Source of the DNA: Verrucomicrobiota bacterium
GTDB taxonomy: Bacteria; Verrucomicrobiota; Verrucomicrobiia; Limisphaerales; CANJXF01
Direction: 5' to 3'
Assembly: GCA_038214755.1 (NCBI GenBank)
Contig: JBBQRQ010000007.1
Location: forward strand, 1-64,000
DNA length: 64,000 nucleotides
Part shown: piece by piece, positions 1-10,072 of the stretch
How the letters are laid out: every line of letters starts with the position of its first letter
Position numbering within the stretch: position 1 is the first letter of the stretch
Notes under the pieces: model-generated
Database searches by the model: none
What the model saw: only the letters and a program-made list of their open reading frames with translations
Told to the model about the DNA's origin: nothing
Translations under genes and position numbers: made by a program

Positions 1-217
1 CCTTCCCCCCTGGGCGGCCAAGGGGCCGGGATCCTCGCAACCAACAGCGCAAACGGTTCCATGTTTTCTGAGAGATACATTGAATTTTCCTCAGCCGGTA
101 AACCGCCTGAGAGGGGTCACGATGTACCGGGGCTGTTCCGTTGGAACCTATTTTAGGTGTTGATTTAAATTCAGAAAACCTTAAAATCAACAGCTTGACC
201 TGTGTTGGGTATTCCGT

Positions 218-805
218 TCATTGCGAATCAGACGCCCAAAGGTGTGCGATGGGATTGAGGTCGCGCGAATAGGCGGCCAAAAACAGCAGCCGACAACTCG
301 CGTGTGCGACCAGCTTGGCCTTGGTCGGTTAGTGGTGAAACCGCGCGTTATCCAGCACGATCACACTGCACGGCGGCAGCGCGGGCAAAGCACTTTTTCA
401 AAAAAGTATCCACCACCTCGGTGTTGCAGCTTCCCTGAAACACCAGTGGCGCGACCAGTCGACGGCCTTGGGAAGCCGAAATGAGGCTGGTCCGTTCCCG
501 CCGTATACCTGAAACTTCCTGGTAAATACGTTCCCCTCTGGGGCGCGGCCCGACTCGCGATAGAGGCGGTGATCCATGCCGCACTCGTCCAGATAAAATA
601 CGCGCGTGGCGTCCAGTTTTTCCAGTTCGCGCCGGAAGAGCGACCGCTGCACCTCGTTGCGTTCGCGATATTTTATGAGTTTTTAAGCTGAAGCCCAGTT
701 GGTTCAAGGGGGTCCAGAGGGCGTGATGGCTCACGGCAAACACTTTTTGGAGTTCTGCCAGCGTGGCGTCGGGATGTTTTTTGACTGGGGCGCAAAGTTT
801 TTCCG
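218..805 (-). mobile_element. IS630-family transposase remnant (pseudogene, frameshifts and stops)
   Basis: Fragments in different frames: KKHPDATLAELQKVF (HTH), VFYLDECG, VLDNARFHH*, FLAAYSRDLNPIAHLW (degenerate PYSPDLNPIE). Boundaries approximate. Confidence 0.85.
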
Positions 806-1654
806 GATTCGAGACCGAAATTCCCCCGCGCCTCGAATCTTGAGGCCGACTTGAAACAATGCGATCACTGGCGCGGCTTTCTGGTCGCAATTTTTCGCAG
901 CCGTTACAAAAAGTTGATCAAGGTTTTCGCCGCCGAAACAAAGTGAGGTGATATTCGTGACCGGAAATCGGATGCAGTCCAATATTTTTCCATCAGGAGC
1001 ATGCCGCACAACCGACGCACCCCCCCAGCGCGCGGACCAAACGCAACCCTCGGAATCAACGGTTAATCCATCGGGAATCCCTTCGTCTGGCGTTGTGCGA
1101 TAGAAAACCCTGCGATTGCTGATAAGCCCTTGTTGGCTGCTATAATCAAACTGAAAAATCTGTCGCGTCGTCGAGCACGTCCAATAAAACGTTTTCAGAT
1201 CCGGTGAGAAGCCCATCCCGTTTGAGCACTTCGTTCCTAAAAATAATTTTGTAACGGTTCCGTCCAAATCGACTCGATATAAACCGCCGCTTTGTTTCGA
1301 ATCGCCGATTGTTCCGGCAAAAACAGAACCGTCGGGCGCTGCGATGACATCATTAAACCGCATCATTCCCGAATCCAAAAATTTCCTTAGCGGCACAACA
1401 TTCCCATCCATGGAAAGCTGTGCGATATCATTCACTCGAAATATCAACAGATTGCCATTCTGTTGCAAAGTAAAGCCGCCGACAGGCTCTCCTCGGTAAA
1501 TCAGTTCATGTTTTTTGGAGACGGTATCGAGTTTAAAAATTTTCCCTGCTGGTATATCGGTCCAAAAAACAGATTTCTTCTCAAAATCCCAAAGAGGATT
1601 TTCCGCCAGTTCACACAACGCTTCAGTAGCAACGATAACGGCAGGCGATCTCAT
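731..1654 (-). CDS. SMP-30/gluconolactonase/LRE family protein
   Basis: LAENPLWD, RFNDV, SNGMGFSPD, PDGLTVDSEG motifs. ATG at 1654 preferred over the ORF-track start; the C-terminus runs into the IS630 remnant. Confidence 0.9.
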   Translation of the reverse strand: MRSPAVIVATEALCELAENPLWDFEKKSVFWTDIPAGKIFKLDTVSKKHELIYRGEPVGGFTLQQNGNLLIFRVNDIAQLSMDGNVVPLRKFLDSGMMRFNDVIAAPDGSVFAGTIGDSKQSGGLYRVDLDGTVTKLFLGTKCSNGMGFSPDLKTFYWTCSTTRQIFQFDYSSQQGLISNRRVFYRTTPDEGIPDGLTVDSEGCVWSARWGGASVVRHAPDGKILDCIRFPVTNITSLCFGGENLDQLFVTAAKNCDQKAAPVIALFQVGLKIRGAGEFRSRIRKNFAPQSKNIPTPRWQNSKKCLP

Positions 1655-1665
1655 TCGTACAACAA

Positions 1666-2421
1666 TTACATTTTTCCAATTTGTCCGGTCGTCAGTCCTC
1701 CATCGACTGTGAGAATATGGCCGGTAATATAACTTGACGCTGGTGAACAAAGGAAAACCGCAGCCCCGACGCAATCTTCCGGGACCCCGATTTTGCCCAG
1801 CAAAATCTTTTTTTCGTAATGCGCTTTCAAGTCTTCGCGCGTGTTGAGCCAGCTTTCCGTTAGCGGCGTCCTTACCAATCCCGGCGCAAGTCCATTCACA
1901 CGAATGCCATAATCCGCCAGCGAAATTGCCAGAGACTTAGTGAGCATTATCAATGCACCTTTCGATGTGTCATAAGCCGTGGAATCCGTTTCGGCTTGAA
2001 AACCATTGGTCGAAGAAACAATCACGACCGCGCCGCTTCGTTTCTTCGCGACAAGGTTTTTGGCAAACTCATGCACAAGAAAATATGTCGCGCTAAGATT
2101 GAGTTGGATTGTGTGATCCCAACGTTCGCGAGTCATTTCCAGAAATGGCAAATCAAAATAACTACCAGCGTTGCAAACCAGCAAATTCAATTCGGGTATT
2201 GCATCCGACGTATGGCGGATCAAATCGCGAGGAGCGATCGACTGAAAAAGATCCGCCGTTAAATAAGTTGAATCAGCAGGAATTTCCGGTGGACGCGGAC
2301 TGGTCCCGTGAAAAACAACCTTTGCTCCCGCTTCGCGAAGTCCCAAGGCGATGGCCAGGCCAATCCCCTTGGAGGAACCAGTCACCAACGCAGCGTTACC
2401 GTTCAGTGAAAATATTTTCAT
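1666..2421 (-). CDS. SDR family oxidoreductase
   Basis: TGSSKGIG, NAG, YDTSK (YxxxK), IRVNGLAPG, VDGG. Confidence 0.95.
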   Translation of the reverse strand: MKIFSLNGNAALVTGSSKGIGLAIALGLREAGAKVVFHGTSPRPPEIPADSTYLTADLFQSIAPRDLIRHTSDAIPELNLLVCNAGSYFDLPFLEMTRERWDHTIQLNLSATYFLVHEFAKNLVAKKRSGAVVIVSSTNGFQAETDSTAYDTSKGALIMLTKSLAISLADYGIRVNGLAPGLVRTPLTESWLNTREDLKAHYEKKILLGKIGVPEDCVGAAVFLCSPASSYITGHILTVDGGLTTGQIGKM

Positions 2422-3373
2422 TTTTTAATTTCAGGAAAGCCAAAATGTTTTCTCCTGCGATCCTTTGAATCACCTGTTCCGATTGTGCCTTCAGCGCGTG
2501 GACTTCCCTTTCGTAACTGCTGATGAGCGACAAAACTCCGTCGCCAAAACGTCCAACGTAACTGTAAAAAGGTGAATCGCTGCCCCACATGAATTTTTTT
2601 GGATAAGCCGCTGCCAGATCGGAAATAACCCGGGCCGGTTTAGAATAATCACTGTCGAAACGCCGGCTCTGGGGGGCGACCACGGGAAGGTTCTGCACCG
2701 CACAATCGCAATGAATACAATGGGCGGAACAGTCAAACCATGTGTTCGGCAATTCGTTGACGCGATTCAAACATTCCTTATCGAATCGGCAGGAATGGGC
2801 CAGACAGAAACGAACCTGCGGATTCGCCTCGGCAATTTCCAGAATGTCCTTCGCCTGCGCCCACAAGTCCGAAAGATTCACACTCGAATGAATCAAAAAT
2901 GGAATGTTCCATTCTTCGGCCAATTCGAGAAAACAGCGCCCCTGTTTGAGCAATGCGTTGATGTCGGATTGAATGACCGTGGACTGAATTTTCAATCCAT
3001 AAAAGGTGTATTGCTTGCGAAGATTTCTAAGCTCTGCGACTTGCGCCTCTGTTTCCCGCATTGGATCAAGAATGACAAACGGAATTGTTAGTCCGCCGAT
3101 ATCTGGAAAAAGTTCATAAGTCTCTTGAAGCATGCGGCGGTTTTCAAATGCGTACGGTACGGTTTCAAATTCTCCCGGAAATTCAATCTTGCCTTCGCGC
3201 ATCTTCGCGAAATCCAGCGAAAGATTGGAGACGAATGGAAAAACAATCCAACGATCCACTCCCAGAGCGCTTCCTTCCGCGATCATCGTGTTGAGATGTT
3301 GCGCATAGGGAAATTCGCCGCGCAGATAGAAGTACATTTCAACGCCGAGATGATTGTGACAATCAATAATCAT
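2396..3373 (-). CDS. Amidohydrolase family protein (Amidohydro_2-like)
   Basis: IIDCHNH, LIHS, LAHS, WGSDSP metal-binding motifs. Confidence 0.85.
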   Translation of the reverse strand: MIIDCHNHLGVEMYFYLRGEFPYAQHLNTMIAEGSALGVDRWIVFPFVSNLSLDFAKMREGKIEFPGEFETVPYAFENRRMLQETYELFPDIGGLTIPFVILDPMRETEAQVAELRNLRKQYTFYGLKIQSTVIQSDINALLKQGRCFLELAEEWNIPFLIHSSVNLSDLWAQAKDILEIAEANPQVRFCLAHSCRFDKECLNRVNELPNTWFDCSAHCIHCDCAVQNLPVVAPQSRRFDSDYSKPARVISDLAAAYPKKFMWGSDSPFYSYVGRFGDGVLSLISSYEREVHALKAQSEQVIQRIAGENILAFLKLKNENIFTER

Positions 3374-3382
3374 GGACGTTGA

Positions 3383-3638
3383 TTAAATTTGAACGCGCTT
3401 CACTGCCACACATTCCATCTCGTACTGGAGAGTCGGCGGCAGGCAATTGGTGATGGTCGTTCGCGCTGGAAATGGCGCTTTGAAATACTGGCGATAAAGC
3501 TCGTTATAGAGCGACACATCCGCCGCGTCGCGAACGTAATTGCGCGTTTGAATGACGTGCAATAGATCGCTTCCTGCCGCTTCAAGAATCTTTTTCATGT
3601 TCTCAATCGAACGACGAAACTCCTTCAACCGTATCGGC
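3383..3638 (-). pseudogene. 5'-truncated RidA/YjgF paralog
   Basis: Matches the C-terminal two-thirds of 4775..5164 (EFRRSIENM...FKAPFPARTTIT..LPPTL.YE.EC.AVKR). A 2-bp deletion near 3622 is followed by loss of homology. Confidence 0.8.
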
Positions 3639-3694
3639 AAGTCGGAGGAAATCGTCGAAACCGTGGCGTTTCTCTTTTTGGAAATCGCCTTGGG

Positions 3695-4714
3695 CTATTG
3701 CATGACGATCGCCTGAACGAAGACGGCGTTGGGCAAAGCGTCTGAAATAAATCGCACCTTTTCCTGGTTGCCATCTGCCTCGACAAATTCGGTGGCGATG
3801 GGCATCCCGTTAATGCCTAATAAATCCACTTTGTATTTGGAACCGGGCTGAGTAGAAATTGTGGCTTCCAATCCATCCTTGCGCGGCAGGCAGTTTAGCA
3901 CCTTCGCCAATCCATTGGCGGACAATTTTTTTGGCGCGGCCAAGGGCGCGCTCTGATTTAGCGGCGGTAAATTTGTTATATGCTGACCCGCCAGTAGAGC
4001 CAGCCGGAAAACGTTGCCATAATTATTTAGGGAATTGTCAGTGGTCCACGTAGTCGAACCTGCCGTCCCGTAAATGTAAGAAACGTTGGTCCAATTCATC
4101 AAATCCCGGGAAGCTTCCAACCGAACGGTCGAATCGCCGCTCCAAGAATAAGTCACTCCTCGAGCTGAGTTTCCAATCATGATCAGACCGTCAATCTTCG
4201 GCTCTTTTATGAGTTCGATTGTGGAAATGAAGTTAGTAGGCGAATCGTCTGCTTCTTCGGCGGAACATGGGATGAGATTAGTCATCCTCGCGTAGCCCAC
4301 AATATTCCCGCTAAAAACGGGACTGGAATACATTTCATAAATGGCCAATGACATGACAAAAACCGCTTCAGGAGCGCGCTTAAAATGTCGTTCTGAGCTA
4401 CGAACCAGAAAAATTTTCTCATAAGGCCGCTGTTGCGAGAAAGTTTGGTCGTAATTCCATCCCGCATAATTCGCTCCTTGATCAACTGCGTTCGTGCAAT
4501 GCGAAGGCGCGTCACCGTATTCGACGCGATTCGTAAAGGTCGTGTAGAGACCGCCTACATCAACATAAAGGAAAAATGGATCGTTGAGCGTCTTGAATCG
4601 ATATTGAAACCAACCGTCTCCCAAGTAAGTGCTTTCCAGTTCCGCAAAGTTTCTGGCCTCGCTGGAGCAAACGACTGAAAAAATAATCCCAATAATAAAA
4701 CCTAACTGTTTCAT
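3695..4714 (-). CDS. Secreted hypothetical protein with Verrucomicrobia-type beta domain
   Basis: N-terminal signal peptide; VTYSWSG...VRLEASRDLMNW...FRL motif. Confidence 0.75.
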   Translation of the reverse strand: MKQLGFIIGIIFSVVCSSEARNFAELESTYLGDGWFQYRFKTLNDPFFLYVDVGGLYTTFTNRVEYGDAPSHCTNAVDQGANYAGWNYDQTFSQQRPYEKIFLVRSSERHFKRAPEAVFVMSLAIYEMYSSPVFSGNIVGYARMTNLIPCSAEEADDSPTNFISTIELIKEPKIDGLIMIGNSARGVTYSWSGDSTVRLEASRDLMNWTNVSYIYGTAGSTTWTTDNSLNNYGNVFRLALLAGQHITNLPPLNQSAPLAAPKKLSANGLAKVLNCLPRKDGLEATISTQPGSKYKVDLLGINGMPIATEFVEADGNQEKVRFISDALPNAVFVQAIVMQ

Positions 4715-4774
4715 GGAAAACTTATAGTCGCTCCGGCCTCTGACAACAACGATAAAGGCCGTTTAAGATGCGGA

Positions 4775-5164
4775 TCAAGACCGCTTCACTGCTATGCACT
4801 CGATTTCATATTTCAAAGTTGGCGGCAAACAACTGGTGATGGTCGTCCGCGCGGGAAACGGCGCTTTGAAATATTCGCGGTAAAGCTGGTTATAGAGCGG
4901 CACTTCTTCCACATCGCGAACGTAATTGCGTGTTTGGATAACGTGCGCCAGATCGCTTCCCGCCGCTTCGAGAACCTCGTTCATGTTCTCAATCGAACGA
5001 CGAAACTCGCCTTCAAACGTATCGGATACAATCTTACCGGTCGCATCAACCGACGCCTGGCCCGAAACAAAAATGAGATCACCGAACTGCACGGCGGGAC
5101 TGAATGGAAGAGGCGACGTCGGAGTGTCCGCAGCTTTTGGATAACTGACTTGTGGATGGTTCAT
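4775..5164 (-). CDS. RidA/YjgF/UK114 family protein
   Basis: PFSPAV..GDLIFVSGQ, FPARTT, EIECIA. Confidence 0.95.
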   Translation of the reverse strand: MNHPQVSYPKAADTPTSPLPFSPAVQFGDLIFVSGQASVDATGKIVSDTFEGEFRRSIENMNEVLEAAGSDLAHVIQTRNYVRDVEEVPLYNQLYREYFKAPFPARTTITSCLPPTLKYEIECIAVKRS

Positions 5165-6657
5165 AAATTTTCGTCCAAGGGATAAATCGGTCTGTTGACG
5201 TTTTTAAATGGCAATGTTTTTAAATTGCTGCTGCACGGGCCAGGAGTATCGACCCAATACATCCGCGCGGCAATTGAATCATAAGCTCGACGGTGGGCGA
5301 CTGCTGCCTTTACTCCGATGACGGAGAGTTTTTTCGGCTCGATTCCTTGGCTGCGCCATTGTCCCAAATCAAACGGGGGCGTCTTTCTAGAAGTGAGTAA
5401 AATCAAAACGCCTTCGTGTTTGACGACTGTGGTCGGTCCCATCTCAAAATAATTTCCAGACATTGAAGCGAGATGGCTTTGCTTGTCTTCGAGTTCAAAT
5501 TTTCCTTCGCTGCGCGAAATCAATTCCACTTCGAGTGAGAGCGAGCCTGCATCCAATCGACTGCCCTTGCCGCCGATGGATAAATTTGTCTTTGCGCCAA
5601 TGGGAAATGTTTTTAATTTCGCGACTGCTTCCGGGTCGTTGATGCAAACTGCGGCGTTCGTGACTTTATATTTCACGAGAGCGCGAAGAATTCCGGTTCC
5701 ATCGCCAGGAGCACCGCCGCCGATGTTGTCCGAAGGCTCGACCAGAACTGTCAGTCCAGGTTTCAACGGCAGGATTTCTTCCATTACGGAATCAATTGGC
5801 GGTTCGGTAACGTTTCCTAATTCTTTTTTCTGGAGGGCCAATCGAGAAAGTTGTTGGAGTTTTTTGCGCGCTTCGGTTTCGGAGCCGACGGTTGAAATGG
5901 TGAAACTGACTCCCGTTTCCGGAATATCCGCGAAAGAAAATCCAGCGAGCACATTCACGCACCAGATCTCTGTGGACTCGGCTTCGACCTGCCGCGCCAA
6001 TTTCTTGAACGACAACATTGGCTCACTCGCGCTGGCGATGCCGGTCGGCGGCCATATGAGCGGCGGATGTTGCCAGAATGTTTTTGGAATTTTTCCAATT
6101 TTAAAAGATCGCTGCAAAAGCTCGGCGGCAATCTGCGCGGCTTGACGTGCGTCGGTGTGCGGATTTTCGCGATAGGCGATGAGGCAATTGGAATTCGCAG
6201 CCATGCGCTCAGTGAAATTGGCGTGCAGATCGAACACACCGAAGATTGGAAGCCTTTCCGCGCCAGAAAGTTTTCGAATCCGCTCCAGAATTTCGCCTTC
6301 AACGTCGGTCAAAGATTGCGAAACCATTGCGCCGTGGAGCACGAGATAAATTGCATCAATCCCTTTGGCGAGTTCTGGCTTGGCGCGATTTTCAAATTCG
6401 CGCCAGAAAGTTTCGACAACTTCATCTTCAACCACCGCGCTGGGCAACGCGCGAAAATCCACCGTCGACAAAATCGTCCAACCAAATTTTTTCGCAGACT
6501 CCAAAGCGCCGCCGAGCGGAGAACTATAGCCAGCGCCACGCAACATTTCTTCACCGCGCAAAATGGTGAAATCGCGCAATTCAGTCGTGCCTTCCACAAA
6601 CGTGTGCGTTTCGTGAAACAGACCGGCAAAAAGAATGCGTCTTGATTTTGACATCAT
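5161..6657 (-). CDS. M81 family metallopeptidase (MlrC-like)
   Basis: HETHTF, LHGAM, DLHAN, YRENPHTD, SDNIGGGAPGD. Confidence 0.93.
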   Translation of the reverse strand: MMSKSRRILFAGLFHETHTFVEGTTELRDFTILRGEEMLRGAGYSSPLGGALESAKKFGWTILSTVDFRALPSAVVEDEVVETFWREFENRAKPELAKGIDAIYLVLHGAMVSQSLTDVEGEILERIRKLSGAERLPIFGVFDLHANFTERMAANSNCLIAYRENPHTDARQAAQIAAELLQRSFKIGKIPKTFWQHPPLIWPPTGIASASEPMLSFKKLARQVEAESTEIWCVNVLAGFSFADIPETGVSFTISTVGSETEARKKLQQLSRLALQKKELGNVTEPPIDSVMEEILPLKPGLTVLVEPSDNIGGGAPGDGTGILRALVKYKVTNAAVCINDPEAVAKLKTFPIGAKTNLSIGGKGSRLDAGSLSLEVELISRSEGKFELEDKQSHLASMSGNYFEMGPTTVVKHEGVLILLTSRKTPPFDLGQWRSQGIEPKKLSVIGVKAAVAHRRAYDSIAARMYWVDTPGPCSSNLKTLPFKNVNRPIYPLDENL

Positions 6658-6810
6658 GAATTGTGGGGTCGCGCCACAGACAACCAGCTATGCCTTCTTT
6701 TTAAGTTTATCTTTCAAAAACCCTGCGATCTCGATCAACGCTTCCGAACCCACCTTTTCACCTTCAGGATTTATTTCAAAAATTCTGACGCGAACAGTTT
6801 CGAGTTGATG

Positions 6811-7947
6811 CTAAGCTTGCCTAGCTATGTCTTCGTTTCTACTAAACTTTAGGATTTCCCGGAATTCCTCGATCAAGACTGCTTGACTGATCCCGTCAGG
6901 CAGCCCATCCCAAATCTCAAGAAGTTGAGTGATAGAGTGCAGAATCCAATCTTCATCAGTCGGGTGAGTCATTCTGCCCCGCAGCATCAATTTTGCTATG
7001 AGTCTTTGCGACGACCTCAATGGCTCAAGACTTTCTTCTCGCCGTTTGAGATCTTCAACTTTGGAGAGAATTCTTGCGTTAGGTTGATCTACGTTGAGAT
7101 GCTTTGAAACTTGAATAGGCGGAACTGTGGGGAATCTATTCCTTGAAAGCTCCTTTAATGCGACCTCGATTATCTCATTTTCCCAATCCGCGTTGAATGG
7201 TGAAAGAAGGATTTTGTTTACGAATCGAGAGGTATCTACACGAATATCATGGCCACTGCCTCTTCTGCTTCCTCCGGGCAATGATTTAAAGATCCGGAGT
7301 TCTTTTTCATGCTCAAACGCTCGGCGTTTCAAGAGCCAAGGATGTTTTACGTAAAATGGCGGCAAATCATTTAGTTCATCTTCATTTCGATAAATGACCG
7401 GCGCGATAACCCAAGGTGTGTTCTTTTCGTATTGATCAGGCATTGCAAAACCGTCAACTGCGGTTGCGAGTTGCTTAACAGTACTAAAAATCGCGGCCCC
7501 CGTTCGACCCGAATAGATTTTCCACATTGCATCCGATTCTTCAGCATTTAAATGCCAACAATTGCAAATTACTCCGTCTGCCCATTCCCTAATTTCAAAC
7601 ACCGTAATCAGTTCACGAACAGATAACAGGTCGGCAGATTCAATCTCGTTCCGAATACGTTGAATTGTGCTTACGCGCTCCTGCAATGAGCCATTTAACA
7701 TCGGCCCCGGAAAAAGGGCCAAAGTTACTGCCCAATGCCGAAGCTCTATCAAAGATTCGTTCGCGTAACGCGCCGGGGGCCACAAGGTGCATTCATACGG
7801 ATCACTCTGCTGATAAGAAGCCAGTTTTGGAAAAAATATCGTTGACTGAATGATGAGCCGAAGAAGTTTTGAAAATGATAAATAATGACAAATCGCCCCA
7901 TCTTCAACGCCTTCAATAACACATTTTTGTGGCAAAGCTTCGGTCAT
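6811..7947 (-). CDS. DUF2971-like hypothetical protein
   Basis: NCWH..EESDAMWKIYS, KRRAFEHEKELR. ATG at 7947 overlaps the upstream stop (ATGA). Confidence 0.7.
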   Translation of the reverse strand: MTEALPQKCVIEGVEDGAICHYLSFSKLLRLIIQSTIFFPKLASYQQSDPYECTLWPPARYANESLIELRHWAVTLALFPGPMLNGSLQERVSTIQRIRNEIESADLLSVRELITVFEIREWADGVICNCWHLNAEESDAMWKIYSGRTGAAIFSTVKQLATAVDGFAMPDQYEKNTPWVIAPVIYRNEDELNDLPPFYVKHPWLLKRRAFEHEKELRIFKSLPGGSRRGSGHDIRVDTSRFVNKILLSPFNADWENEIIEVALKELSRNRFPTVPPIQVSKHLNVDQPNARILSKVEDLKRREESLEPLRSSQRLIAKLMLRGRMTHPTDEDWILHSITQLLEIWDGLPDGISQAVLIEEFREILKFSRNEDIARQA

Positions 7948-9281
7948 TGTTTCCAATCTATCGCATGTCTCGCAAAAGCTTTCTCCGCTTTTTGCAATGC
8001 TTCCTGAATATCCTGTTCGCGATGCGCCATGCTGATGAACCAGAGGCCGCGTTCGATGGCGCGGACGCCTTCTTCCAAAAGACAGCGACGCAGATGCGTC
8101 CAGCATGGCGCGTCGTGGCGGCGGACGTAATCGCGATAGTTTTGCACCGGGCCTTCAGCGCAACCGGCGCGCAACATGACGGTGTGGAAAACCAATCCCG
8201 GCCCTTGCGGTCGCAGAGCAATTGCATATTGATCGGCGAGTTTTCTCAAACCGCTCATTAATTTTTGTCCGAGCGAAATAATTTCCTGCGGATGTTCGTC
8301 TCCTTGCGCCTCGACAAAATCCAAACACCATTTGCTGGCGGCGAGGCAGAGCGGATTTCCATTCAACGTTCCAGCGTGAACGACTTCGCCTTTGATAATT
8401 TTCGCCATCGCCGATTCCTTGCCCGCGAGCGCGGCAAACGGCAATCCGCCTCCGACCGCTTTGCCCAGAATCGTGAGGTCGGGAACGAAGCCAAAATATT
8501 TTTGCGCGCAACCCGCGCCGAAACGAAAGCCGGTAATCGTTTCATCGGCGATCATCAACATTTTTTCCTGATCGCAGAGTTCGCGAATGGTTTCGAGCAT
8601 TCTGGGAACTGGCTCCATGCAACCGGTGTTGCACAGCACTGGTTCAAAAATAATCGCGGCAATTCTGCCTTTGAATTCGGCAACGCGCCGACGCAAGTGA
8701 TCGGGGTCGTTCCAGCGCGCGACGACGAATTGTTCCAGCACTTCGGGAATCACGCCTTGGCTCGGATGCAGCCGCGTGGGATTATCTTCCGCGCCCCATT
8801 TGTCCGGCGGCGGCGCGAAACCAACGAGACCTTCATCCGCCCAGCCGTGATAATGACCTTCAAATTTCAGAATCAGCGGACGGCCCGTGTGTGCGCGAGC
8901 AAGACGGAACGCGGAGAGCACGACTTCTGTGGCGGAATTGCTGAAGCGCATCAGTTCCGCTGACGGAATCATTTTTTGCAAGCGTTCGGCGACCTCAATT
9001 TCCAGTTCGGATTGCGCGGCCCAGTGCGTTCCGAGCCGGGCCTGTGCAGCAATTGCGTCGGCCATGCCTTCCGGAGCGTGACCATAAAGCAAAGCGCCCT
9101 GTCCAATTTGAAAATCAATATATTCGTTGCCATCGACATCCCAAAGACGCGGGCCATTGCCGCGCTCGAAATAAAGCGGGACCGGCTGTTCCATTTTGCG
9201 GATGCCGCTGTTGACGCCCGCGGCAATGCTTTTGCAAGCGCGTTCGTAAAGGCGGCGTGATTTGGTGAACTGGTAAGGCAT
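7944..9281 (-). CDS. Class III PLP aminotransferase (glutamate-1-semialdehyde aminomutase-like)
   Basis: WDVDGNEYID, KFEGHYHG, ADETITGFR, LGKAVGGG, GTLNGNP; start at MPYQFTKS. Confidence 0.92.
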   Translation of the reverse strand: MPYQFTKSRRLYERACKSIAAGVNSGIRKMEQPVPLYFERGNGPRLWDVDGNEYIDFQIGQGALLYGHAPEGMADAIAAQARLGTHWAAQSELEIEVAERLQKMIPSAELMRFSNSATEVVLSAFRLARAHTGRPLILKFEGHYHGWADEGLVGFAPPPDKWGAEDNPTRLHPSQGVIPEVLEQFVVARWNDPDHLRRRVAEFKGRIAAIIFEPVLCNTGCMEPVPRMLETIRELCDQEKMLMIADETITGFRFGAGCAQKYFGFVPDLTILGKAVGGGLPFAALAGKESAMAKIIKGEVVHAGTLNGNPLCLAASKWCLDFVEAQGDEHPQEIISLGQKLMSGLRKLADQYAIALRPQGPGLVFHTVMLRAGCAEGPVQNYRDYVRRHDAPCWTHLRRCLLEEGVRAIERGLWFISMAHREQDIQEALQKAEKAFARHAIDWKQ

Positions 9282-9288
9282 GTCGAAA

Positions 9289-10068
9289 TTATTTTGCCGT
9301 ATAACCGCCATCGACCGGCAAGTTGGCAGCGGTGATGTATCGCGAGGCTTCACTCAATAAAAAGACAATTGCTCCACCCAGATCGTTTTCGTTAGCCATG
9401 CGGCCCAGCATCGTGTGCTTGTTGTAATTACTGAGGAATGGTTCAGGCTGGTTATTAAAAAATCCACCGGGCGAAACGCAATTGACGCGCACATTATTTT
9501 TTCCATAAAGGCCGGCGTAATAGCGCGTCAGATTAATCATTCCGCCTTTATGAAAAAAATAATCGGGCGGCGGAACTGGCATATTTGTGCCTTCGTAAAG
9601 TTCAAAGCTTGGACCGGCCATACCCATGGTAGAGCCGATGTTCACGATGCTGCCCGAGTTTTGCTGGCACATGATCTGGCCGAACGCGCGGGTCATCAAA
9701 AAAAATCCAGTCGCATTCACCCGCATCGATGCTTCCCAAGTCGCAAGAGTGTCGTCCGGGCCATTCATCGTGCGTGTGACAGAATTATTTACCAACCCGT
9801 CAACGCGTCCAAATTTTGTTAAAACGCGGTCGCGTAAATCGAGAATGGATTTTTCATTGGCTTGATCGAAAGCTTCGCAGGAAACGTTGCCGCCCCGCTG
9901 GTTCTCGACGTTCGCGATCTCCTGCAATTTTGCCACATTGCGTGAAGCAACAATCAGTGTCGCGCCAGCCTGAGCAAGCGCGGAAGTGAATTGACGTCCG
10001 TAGAGTCCCGCGCCGCCGGTCAGGACGACGACCTTCTCTTTCAAACTGAATTGATCGAGGATGCTCAC
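9289..10068 (-). CDS. SDR family oxidoreductase
   Basis: TGGAGLYG, YFFHK (YxxxK), VRVNCVSPGG, VDGG; probable GTG start at 10068. Confidence 0.9.
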   Translation of the reverse strand: MSILDQFSLKEKVVVLTGGAGLYGRQFTSALAQAGATLIVASRNVAKLQEIANVENQRGGNVSCEAFDQANEKSILDLRDRVLTKFGRVDGLVNNSVTRTMNGPDDTLATWEASMRVNATGFFLMTRAFGQIMCQQNSGSIVNIGSTMGMAGPSFELYEGTNMPVPPPDYFFHKGGMINLTRYYAGLYGKNNVRVNCVSPGGFFNNQPEPFLSNYNKHTMLGRMANENDLGGAIVFLLSEASRYITAANLPVDGGYTAK

Positions 10069-10072
10069 TGAA

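Noticed and set aside
158..192. Inverted repeat TGTTGATTT/AAATCAACA next to the IS630 remnant
   Set aside because: Could be an IS end or an operator, but no matching partner end or target duplication is identifiable
7944..9281. Calling either class III aminotransferase hemL
   Set aside because: Catabolic context and divergent sequence; no tetrapyrrole genes nearby
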